This document shows, piece by piece, positions 23,921 through 34,210 of a stretch of DNA of 64,000 nucleotides. Source of the DNA: Octopus sinensis (lineage: Eukaryota); the NCBI RefSeq assembly GCF_006345805.1, contig NC_043017.1, positions 18,848,001 through 18,912,000 on the forward strand. The letters are read 5' to 3'. How positions within the stretch are numbered: the stretch's first letter is position 1; every line of letters begins with the position of its first letter. The notes under the pieces are model-generated. The model was not told where the DNA came from. It made no database searches and worked only from the letters and a program-made list of their open reading frames with translations. The position numbers were made by a program, and so were the translations under genes.

Positions 23921-24969
23921 GATCAGTTCTCATTTCCCTTTTTTCATCATAGTCCTCCAGGCTATAACAGTTTATTTTGGCTTGATTTCTACAGTTGGAT
24001 ACCTTTATCTACTGAACTCTTTTTCTTTGTATCATGTCAGCATATGAAATCTCATTTACAGTCACATTTAACAAGATGGCCGAGTTGCAACTTTAGTATG
24101 GTTGTTAGTCCTATCTTCTCTTGCTGTTATTAATGCCAGGTAGATTGTTAGGTTGCATATGTTGACAATAATAATACTAAAAGTTGATTGAATTCCCAAA
24201 TATTTTATTTACCACCACACTATATGTATGTACATTCAATAAATTAATACTTTGTAAGTGGTAGAGGGTATATGAATCATCGCATATAATGAATATTCAT
24301 ATATTTGACACTCCTTTTCTAGTTAAGACATATGAATAGGAAAGATGACTTGAGAGAGTACCATAGTGGAAAAACAATCGACTTGTACAAGTCCTGGTAC
24401 AGCTCTTTGATCAGATTAAATTTGCCAAAATAGGTGATAAAGTTGAGAGAATATTCATACACAGGGAAAGCTGTATGGTCAGTATAGACACAGGATACCT
24501 CTACGCTAATTTGCATTGTCTTTCTATTAAATAACTGTTGGCTCAGAAGATTCTAGAATCTATTTGATGAGAGAAGTTCCACACTTCCTTGGCGACAAAT
24601 CAGCCAGTACTGATTCTGCAGGCATTATTACTTTTTATGAAAATATATTAGGTTGTGATTATTTTTGAAGATCCATAATTTCAGATGTTTAACATAAATC
24701 TGAAATTTTGAAAGGAAGTCAAAACTGAAATATGAAAATGGGTTGGGGCAATTCTGGAAATATTCCACATGGAATATAAATATTTTGAAAGAATGCTTTT
24801 ATTGACAATTTATCTCATTAATGTACTTATTTCTGGTTATGTATCACATAATTATTGGTGGTTATCACACTACTGTACTTTCTTACTTTTTCCAATACAT
24901 TTATATTATAGTTACATATCTTATAACATTTTACATCAAAATATTAGTCTTTCATATGAATAATTCAGT

Positions 24970-25090
24970 GATACTTTTGAGAGAATTATTTGCCATTCAT
25001 TGCACAGGGTTAAGGCTGGTCTCCTATATGAATATATTTATGAATTATGTCACAAATTCGAGAGAATGATACCCCACAGAGAACACAATC
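24970..25090 (-). pseudogene. Relic zinc fingers immediately after the stop of gene 3
   Basis: In-frame read-through gives *DCVLCGVSFSRICDIIHKYIHIGDQP*PCAMNGK*FSQK. Confidence 0.8.
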
Positions 25091-27859
25091 TTATGATTTC
25101 TCTCCAGTAGGAATGCATTTGTGTGTTACCAAGTAACTACTTCGAGAAAATGATTTACTACAGATATCACAGTGATATGGCTTTTCGCCTGTATGGGTAC
25201 GCATATGTTTACTTAATAGACTTGCTAGAGCAAATGATTTGCCACAGCTGTCACAGAGATATGGTTTCCCTCCAGTATGAACATATTTGTGAGTAGTTAA
25301 GTGACCTCTTCTAGCAAATGATTTACCACAGATATCACAGTGATATGGTGTGTCTCCTGTGTGAATAAATTTGTGAGTAGTTAAGTCACTACTTTTACAA
25401 AATGATCTACCACAGATATCACAGTGATATGGCTTCTCTCCTGTATGAATGCGTACATGTATAGTTAATTTACAATTTGAAATGAATGATTTACCACAAA
25501 TATCACAAGCATATGGTTTCTCTCCAGTATGTGTGCGTCTGTGTATAATTAAAGCATTACTATGAGAGAAGGATTTACCACAGATATCACAATGATGTGG
25601 TTTCTCCCCAGTATGAATGCGTTTGTGCTTAGTTAAATCACCAGTTCGGGAGAATGATTTACCACAAATATCACAGTGATAGGGCTTCTCACCTGTATGA
25701 ACACATTTATGTATAACTAAGGCAGCTCTATGACAGAATGATTTATCACACACATCACATGGATATGGCTTGTCTCCTGTATGAATAAATTTGTGTTTTG
25801 TTAAATTACCACTAAAAGAGAAAGATTTACCACACACATCACAGTGATATGGCTTCTCTCCTGTATGAGTGCGCTTGTGTATATGTAAGCTACCACTTGT
25901 AGAAAATGATTTACCACAGATATCACAATATGGCTTCTCTCCATTATGACTTCGTTTGTGATTAGTTAAGAGACTTCTATTAGTGAATGATTTATCACAA
26001 ATAGTGCATGAATGTGGCTTCTTGCCTGTATGAATAAGTTTGTGAGTAGTAAAGTCATTATTTCCAGAGAATGACTCACCACAGATATTGCAGTGATATT
26101 GCCTGCCCACTGTATGAATTCGTTTGTGATTAGTTAAGACATTTTTCCGAGAGAATGATTTACTACAGATATCACAATGATATGGCTTCTCTCCTGTATG
26201 AATTCGTTGGTGTGTAGTTAAGACATCTCTACGGGAGAATGACTTACCACACACATCACAGCAATGTGGCTTCTTGCCTGTATGAATTCGTTTGTGAGTA
26301 GTTAAATTACTTCTTGCAGTGAATGATTTACCACAAATATCACAGTGATATGGCTTTTCTCCTGTATGCGTACGTATGTGGATAGTTAAGTTACGACTTT
26401 GTAAAAATAATTTACCACAGATGTCACAATGATATGGCTTCTCAGCTTTATGACTCCGTTTGTGTATAGTCAAGGCATTTCTATGTGAGAATGATTTACC
26501 ACAGATATAACAGTGATATAAATTATCTCCTGTATGAATGCGTTTGTGTTTATTTAAGCTACTACTAGTAGTGAAAAATTTACCACAGCTTTCACAATGA
26601 AATGGTTTTTCTCCAGTATGAATCCTTGTGTGTTGAGTTATGGCATTTCTATCAGTGAATGATTTATTGCAAATAGTACATGAATATGGCTTCTCACCTG
26701 TATGAATACGTTTGTGAATAGTTAGAGTTCCTGTTCCAGAAAATGATTTACCACAGATATCACAGCGATAGGGCCTTTCCCCCGTATGAATACGTGTATG
26801 TACATTTAAAGATCCTGTTCCAGAGAATGATTTACCACAGATATCACAGCGATGAGGTTTCTCACCTGTATGTATACGTTTGTGAGTATTTAAATTGCTA
26901 CTTCCAGAGAATGATTTACCACATATATCACAGTGATATGGCTTCTCCCCAGTATGAACACGCTTGTGTTTATTCAAATCACTACTTGTAGAGTAGGATT
27001 TACCACAGATATCGCAGTGAAATGGTTTTTCTCCAGTATGAATGCGTTTGTGTTTAGTTAAATCTTGATTTCGAGAGAATGATTTACCACAGAAATTACA
27101 AGAATATGGTCTTACCCCTGTGTGAATGCTCTCATGAAATGTCAAGTGAATTTTTTGAGAGAAGGATTTCCCACAGACTTCACAGTGATATGGCTTCTCT
27201 CCTGTGTGAATAATTTTGTGTCTTGTTATATCAGCTGTTGCAGAGAATGATTTGCCACAGATATCACAGTCATATGGCTTCTCTCCTGTGTGAATGAGTT
27301 TATGTGCAGTTAAGTGACTTGTTGTACAGAAAGATTTACTACAAACATCACAATGATATGGTTTTTCTCCTGTATGAATGATTTTATGTGAAGTTAAGTG
27401 TCCTTTTGTGGAAAACGATTTACCACAGACTTCACAGTGATATGGCTTCTCTCCAGTATGAGTGCGTTTATGTACGGTCAAGGGAGTTTTGTTAGAGAAT
27501 GACTTGCCACAGATATCACAATGATATGGCTTCTCTCCTGTATGTGTGCGTTTGTGAACAGTTAGGGCACTTTTGTTAGAGAATAACTTACCACAGATAT
27601 GACAATGATATGGCTTGTCTCCTGTATGGATAGTACTGTGAGCAGTTATAGGATTTGTTTGAGAGATTGATATGCCAAAGATATCATTATGGCAAGATGT
27701 TTCTCTTGTCTTTTGCAGAGGATCATCTGGAAAATCAATTCTTTCGGACTCTGTTTTAATTTTAAATGGTGTCTCACATACTTCATTTTTGATTATAATC
27801 GGTGTCTCACATAATTCATTTTTAACTACAATTGGTGTCTCATGGAATTCATTTTCCAT
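25091..27859 (-). CDS. C2H2 zinc-finger gene 3 (30 repeats)
   Basis: 922-aa ORF; three N-terminal ETPIxxKxE-type repeats, then tandem fingers. Confidence 0.95.
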   Translation of the reverse strand: MENEFHETPIVVKNELCETPIIIKNEVCETPFKIKTESERIDFPDDPLQKTRETSCHNDIFGISISQTNPITAHSTIHTGDKPYHCHICGKLFSNKSALTVHKRTHTGEKPYHCDICGKSFSNKTPLTVHKRTHTGEKPYHCEVCGKSFSTKGHLTSHKIIHTGEKPYHCDVCSKSFCTTSHLTAHKLIHTGEKPYDCDICGKSFSATADITRHKIIHTGEKPYHCEVCGKSFSQKIHLTFHESIHTGVRPYSCNFCGKSFSRNQDLTKHKRIHTGEKPFHCDICGKSYSTSSDLNKHKRVHTGEKPYHCDICGKSFSGSSNLNTHKRIHTGEKPHRCDICGKSFSGTGSLNVHTRIHTGERPYRCDICGKSFSGTGTLTIHKRIHTGEKPYSCTICNKSFTDRNAITQHTRIHTGEKPFHCESCGKFFTTSSSLNKHKRIHTGDNLYHCYICGKSFSHRNALTIHKRSHKAEKPYHCDICGKLFLQSRNLTIHIRTHTGEKPYHCDICGKSFTARSNLTTHKRIHTGKKPHCCDVCGKSFSRRDVLTTHQRIHTGEKPYHCDICSKSFSRKNVLTNHKRIHTVGRQYHCNICGESFSGNNDFTTHKLIHTGKKPHSCTICDKSFTNRSLLTNHKRSHNGEKPYCDICGKSFSTSGSLHIHKRTHTGEKPYHCDVCGKSFSFSGNLTKHKFIHTGDKPYPCDVCDKSFCHRAALVIHKCVHTGEKPYHCDICGKSFSRTGDLTKHKRIHTGEKPHHCDICGKSFSHSNALIIHRRTHTGEKPYACDICGKSFISNCKLTIHVRIHTGEKPYHCDICGRSFCKSSDLTTHKFIHTGDTPYHCDICGKSFARRGHLTTHKYVHTGGKPYLCDSCGKSFALASLLSKHMRTHTGEKPYHCDICSKSFSRSSYLVTHKCIPTGEKS

Positions 27860-28174
27860 AATTCTTCTCTCACCACTACTTACATTGAGTTATTCTTAAC
27901 TCCCACTTCTATATTTCCATCAATTTGGATTTTTGTTGATATCTGAAGATGGTTCATACTTATTTATTAATTTCTTAAAAGTTCATTAAGAAGGCAAATC
28001 TCTGTTTATATGCGAAACTAATCTCACTTCAGAGAAAATATTTCCAGATATTCCACTGCAGATTATATCAACAGGATCATATCTGTTTGGTATCACAACT
28101 TTCTTTAGTCTTTAAATGATAAATACTGATGATGCATCTAAAGAAATTCTTTTATGACAATGATATCTAGTATT

Positions 28175-28690
28175 CTGAAATAATAAAGAAATAGTATAAG
28201 ATATCAGGGATAGTCAAAAATGAGATTTACAGAAGAAAATACACATTTCTAAATTGATACATTGTAAATATATGCATTCATCTTTACTTCTTAAATTGCT
28301 ATACAAAATATACCCTACAATATTCTATGAAATTTACATATTTACAATAGTAAACAATAACATTCAGTTCTCTGCAAAAAAAAAAAAATCACTCATTATT
28401 GGTCTGTTGTTAAGCTTGTAGCAAGTTCTGTCTAGATTAGAATAACCTTTTATAGATTCCTAGTTTAGAAACCACAGCCTAATCATATTTCCATAAAGGG
28501 TATGACAAGCTTCATGGACTTAGGTTACCATAAAAGGCATCATTTTGAAAAAATCAATATCAGCCAACTTACAATCTGTAAAGGTGGCAGACTTGAAAAT
28601 ATAGAAGTGACATGTTACATTTAAAGATCACCAAACATTATATTGATATTAGAAAAGGCGATTCAAGGAAGAAAATATGAAAAAAAATAC
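28175..28690 (-). other. Predicted 5'-UTR intron, gene 3
   Basis: AAG|GTATTT donor; TTTATTATTTCAG| acceptor. Confidence 0.65.
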
Positions 28691-28902
28691 CTTATTAGAA
28701 AGTCAGTGGTGGTGGTCATGTATGTTCATCAATGGAGAAGGGTTTCTGTTATAAGTATATTTATATCGTGTATATATAGTAGGCAAATATTACAGCATTT
28801 TAATCATTTAAATTTATGCTACATAAATTATTCTTTAGAAAGACTCGATTCGAGCCAAGTATAAACTAAATTTCCTTCATCGATGGCCGTCCTAAATTAA
28901 TA

Positions 28903-28920
28903 TCCGGTTGAGCATGCGCA
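28903..28920 (-). promoter_or_regulatory. Conserved promoter motif, gene 3
   Basis: Minus strand TGCGCATGCTCAACCGGA. Confidence 0.65.
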
Positions 28921-29056
28921 TAACGATATAACGATGTATTGGTAAAGATTGTCATTTTTACTGTAATGTAAAACTGCGTATGAATGTGTGTGCGTGTGTA
29001 TATATATATATATATATATATAAAATATGTATATATATATGATTTTTCTGTTTGGT

Positions 29057-29359
29057 TAAAAAAAGTAAATAATTAAGGGGGAGATAAGTAGTAAAAGGAA
29101 GCAAGGGATGAATCAATCTTTGAGGACTCGTGGACTGTCATTCAATTAGGAAACGCTGGAGACAACATTCTTCAGTGGTCGGCACGGTATCGACTATTTA
29201 TGAATATGTACGCCTGTGAAAATTGTAAATCGCCATGTGGCCTTACAACATGTAATGACGTTACTGATGGGAAATAATGTTACTGCAAGTGTTGTAAAAA
29301 GAGCAAATCTGTTTGTTACCGTTCATTTTTTGAGAGAAGTCATATTTATCTCCCCCTTA
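29057..29359 (+). mobile_element. Merlin (IS1595/ISXO2-like) DNA transposon remnant, N-terminal zinc-ribbon part
   Basis: Translates CENCKSPCGLTTCNDVTDGK*CYCKCCKKSKSVCYRSFFERSH; flanked by inverted TAAGGGGGAGATAA (29074-29087 and 29346-29359). Confidence 0.55.
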
Positions 29360-29439
29360 TATATATATCAATAATAAATCTCTGAGCGAGATGTAACTAG
29401 TAGCAGCACAACATCATGAAGTATATTTGCCACCTAAAT

Positions 29440-30650
29440 GTGACAGACTCATGGGATGATACTACTGGAGTTTATAACCCCAGTAAGACATCTCCAGCTG
29501 GCTAACGACACACTGTGCCCGATCAGTATTTGCGAAGGGAAAATCATTGTTCCCATCTCTAGCCTGGTGTGATACATACGGACTCGGGTTTCTCGAGCAA
29601 GCAAGGAAAATGGAATACAAACATTTACCAAGGTTTTAGGATATTGATAGTTGTGGTGACCAGATTTTCTTAAGCAAAGCAAGACACTAGATATCTTGGT
29701 CCTTTGTCATCCTCTCCTCAGTAGCTTAAGATTGGCTTTCAATACTAGTCTTTGCATGTTCCTTGCATTTAAAGCCCATGTGTCACTACCATTTAACATT
29801 GCAGTTTGTAGAAAGAGAGACCTTTGGTTGTCAACAGAGGTAAAAGCTCTATGAATTCTTTGGTTCTGTTCTAGCAATTACACTTTCAGAACACCCCCTC
29901 CACTGCTAATGAAGTTAACAGCAATTAGCTAGAACCTTTAGAGAGCCTCTGGGGGCATTTGTGAAATGTATCTGTAGACTTTATAGCTCCTGTACATCTT
30001 CCACACATGAGCACTTTTTTCTGATAATCTTCCTGTGTGTCCATAGCTTGGACTGGGTGCACTACATGGAATTCGTGCCTGCACCATTCCTACATATCAA
30101 GTAGGGTCATTTACCTGAAGTGGATAGATTCCTGTCTGTTTTCTTGCTTACTAAGACCTTGGTCTTCTCTAAGTTAACTTTAACACCCTTCAATTCCAGC
30201 TTTTGCTTCCTCACCTGGAATATCTTTCCCAGTTTGGTTAGAGATTCTGGTATGAGAGCAAGAAAATAGGTATATGGTAGTTTCCATTCTTGTTATAACC
30301 TGAATGATGATGATGAATGGGAGGGGTCCCAAGAACCAGGCTTTGATGTACACCTACATGTATACTAAATTCATCACTGTACTTGTGATTAACACTTAAC
30401 TTAATCACAGTGCCCCTGCACATGGCCTGTACCACTTTCACAGACTGTTAATCTATCCCTAGCTTCCTTAGAGACCACCATATTTCATAGCAAGGTACTT
30501 TATTGTAGGATTTCTCTAGATCAACAAATACCAAGAACAACAGCTTATTCTTCGCTAAATAGCTTTCTTGCAGTTGCCCGACTATGAAAATGTATTTTCT
30601 CATATAACAGCATCCTGAAAGATTGCTTGAATATTCAAGGTACATTATAT
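29440..30650 (-). mobile_element. Decayed RTE LINE (RT plus 3' end)
   Basis: YIFIVGQLQESYLAKNKLLFLVFVDLEKSYNKVP, KYSDEFSIHVGVHQ and PLLTTKGLS. Confidence 0.8.
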
Positions 30651-32679
30651 AAATCTACCAAATTACCATATCTACATGGCATGAAACTATAAGTAGCTCA
30701 CATTTTCATACCGTTTATATTCAATTATATTTCTCTCTCACCGGATGGAGTACTTTTTTAGTTTATCCTACATATAATTGAACAGTAAACTATATATGTG
30801 TATATGCATATATATGTAAATGCACAACTTGTCTCTGACATTCCAGTTGTTAAAAAGTGTTAGCAGAAGGACACCCATGAGTAATGACTAGGATGTGGCC
30901 TGTTTCACTTTCAGTATAAAAAGTTAACTGCTGAAACACTTACCTGAGGGTGGTTTCCCCTTTGAAGACCTACAGTTGAGCTATCCCAAGAATTTCTTAC
31001 CATTTATATATATATATTCAACAAAGTGAGGTTGTAGGATACTGCATGAGTGGAAATATATATGAAAGAAGGTTTGAAAATGCAATTTTAAAGGTGTTTA
31101 TTCATTTGACTGGTTTCACTTTTTTACAAAAAGATTGTCAAAAGTAAAATGTAAAAGTTTTGTAAAAACTTTGTTGTGTTAAGTACAGGTTGTCACAAAT
31201 TATTACAATATATATATATACATTCTTCGATAATAATAAGAAAAATGTTAAAACAGTTTACAAGGAAAAATCTTGAGAAAATATTAAAAAATTCATTGAA
31301 AATATTAGGATTTCATTAAAAATCATGTTTGTTTGGAAGTATCTATATATATATACACAGAAAATTGTAAGTTCAAAAAGGTCATATTTTGGTGGTATAT
31401 TTAGTTTACAAAGAATTTGAGATAAAATGACCTGTTTTACCATTTTTTGTTTTCTGTGAAGCTAAATAAAGGCAGACTACTATTGTAGGGGACAGCGTAG
31501 GAGATTGGTTTGGGTGGAGGGAAGGAGGAGCAATGTGGAATTGAAAGGAAATTTTTATTGTTTCTCTCTAGTCTTTCAAGGTTCAGTGTTTTTTGGGACT
31601 GGTCTGAGAGGTCAGAATGGTGTGTGTATATACATGTGTTTGTTTCTCTGTGTGGGTTGTTTTTGATTGGTCCCAGGGTTTATTGTGGTAGGATGGTGTG
31701 TGTATATGTGTGCACATTTGTGAGTGTGTATGTGCGTGATTAATAGTTGTTAGGATGTTGTGTGTGTATGCTTGTGTGTTACATTATCAATGATTCTTTC
31801 CAGCAACGGCCTCACTTCGCATTGCCAATGACTCATTACAATGAATCTTTCAAGCAATGGCTTTGCTTGTTTATGTCTGAAAGCTTTCTTCACACATCTG
31901 TGACCTCTTCAGCGACACTTTTCGTTTTTGTGTGCTCTTGCTCCTCTTTCTCCATTCTGTTCTTCTAAGATGTGTATCCTTATCTGCGCATGCATTTGTA
32001 TGCATGTTTGTGTGTGTGTCATTGTTCTGTTATATGCTAATGAAATAATTATAACATTATCAATGTGAGGCATATATTCTGTGGAATAAGGTTTGGTTGA
32101 GCAAACTGCAAGTTGTTAGTTGATACACAGTACCGCTGGAATAATATTGATATGATGTATTATTTCATTTATATAATATTTAAGCAATGATTTTCTGGTA
32201 GAATGGTGATGAAACAATTAGAGGATTATGCAATAAAAAGTGTTATTCTATTTTCTTTGTTAATATATATATATATATATAGTTCATAGATGAGATCCAG
32301 GTATTCTCTGTATAGAAGACACTTAGTAGTATTCAACTTAGATTCTGATGTCTTTACAGGGGATCATTCCACAAGGTTAAAGAAAGGCTGCAAGAGGCAT
32401 CAGGTTGAGCAGGTATAGAAGCAATTATTGGGATAAGCAAATTAGACATCAAATATATTGAGTATATATGTTTTTACTAAGGAAACATAATTAGCAGGGG
32501 AGGTGGTTGCCCTTAAAGTGTAGTATTCAGAGTAAGAAAAGGTTGAAAAAACTTGAGTGAGTTACTACCACTGCTAGCAACAAAGGTATTTTTTCCTCAG
32601 AATGAAGGCAAAAGCATATGATGCTTGTGACAGAATTACAATGTAGCAAGTAGTGAGAAATGGGCTTTAAATTGAGCTA

Positions 32680-32990
32680 GTATGCTCCATTAAATGTGCA
32701 ATGTTAAGTGTACATGAATGGCAAAGTACAAATGTATTGAGAAAAAAAACTGGGCATGAGAAGCAGATATGGTGTGCAAGAAAGAAAAGAGTACTTTTAT
32801 AGGTATGTGATGCATATGAATGAGGACAGAAGTGCCAATCACTTCATGAGAATAGAATCTGTAGAAGAGGAAGATATAGGACAAGATAATGAAAGCTGGT
32901 ACCAGGATCTTTAACCTTATGGCAGAGATGACAGAATACTGGAATGACTGGCAACATGCAATACTTAAAAACCCCAACCCATCCCAATGA
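32680..32990 (+). mobile_element. Decayed RTE 3' fragment
   Basis: Homologous to the RTE C-terminal coding region at 11600-11900. Confidence 0.55.
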
Positions 32991-34210
32991 AACTGAAACT
33001 CTGAAGACAATGTATATAGAAGCACAACTAGGCCCCTCACCCAATTTCCTTCTCAAACTACTTCCACCACTCATCATTTTCAATCACAGACCTCACTCCA
33101 CTATCACCTGCTTAACTGCATGCTTTAAGCTTTTTCTTGAAACCATTTATCTTTCTCACTACCCAGAATCATTTCACTTGATGTCCATTTTCATTGTTAA
33201 TACTGTCCTTCTCCACCAACATTTTACATTGATCACCCTTCTGTGCCACCAAATTATCTCTCCTTCTCCACCACTATATATATCCTACACTCTCCCCATG
33301 CATTACACCTGCTTCTCTTGTCACATTCTTGCAACCTACCCAACAAGATGTCATCTCTCACCCTACCCATGTCTATTATTATTATTATGCTGTTCTTCAC
33401 TTATCTCTTATTCTCCCCTAAACTGATATATATCATTGATTATCCCCACCACTTAAGTGCCATACTCTACATACATTCTCCAACTTCCTTCCGACACATC
33501 ATTCCACAACACTTACATTCATACCATTATCCATTCACAAATCTGCAACCGTCTCTTACTCTCCATATTGCAAGCTGTAACCATTAACATTCCCTATATT
33601 TCTGTCCCCACTCATTTCTACTCATTTTGTATTGAAAAAAATCTACCCTAGCACCTCATTACCATTATTTTTATCACTTTCCAGTTCCATCCAATCATTC
33701 CCACCTAGTATTCTATAACGTGAGATCTCCTTCACAGCAACAAACTCATTCTGCTCTGCTCCCTCATATCCTAGCATAAGGTTATTCCCCCTTTCTCTCA
33801 ACTGTAGCTCCACTCAATTAAAAAGGATTTTGGTCTTGCAGGGTGTGTGGAAATCTGACAAGAGCTGGTGTCATGAAAATAGCACTCAGTATACTCTGTA
33901 AAGTGCATGGCATTAAAAAGACAATCCAGCAGAAAAATCATGCCATAGCAAACATTGGCACATGATGCTGTCTCAAACTGATCAAATCCCCTCAAACTCT
34001 TCAATCCATGCCAGCATTGAATGGATGTTCATGATGATGATGATAGTGTTGGGAGCTTATCACACTGCTTTATTTTCTTTCCTATGTGAATATACTTATG
34101 GTTAGATACTTTTCCAGGGGATACCTTTTTACATTAATATTTACTTTTTTTGCATGAAGAAATACAGGTGTATGTAAGAAATGATTACAAGAGAATGATA
34201 CACCACAGAA

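Noticed and set aside
24319-24516. VYTDH motif suggesting an LTR-retrotransposon RNase H
   Set aside because: The match is too short and there are no supporting neighbouring motifs.
31510-33651. Several ORFs of 70-160 aa in GT-rich or CT-rich sequence
   Set aside because: Low-complexity composition explains the open frames.
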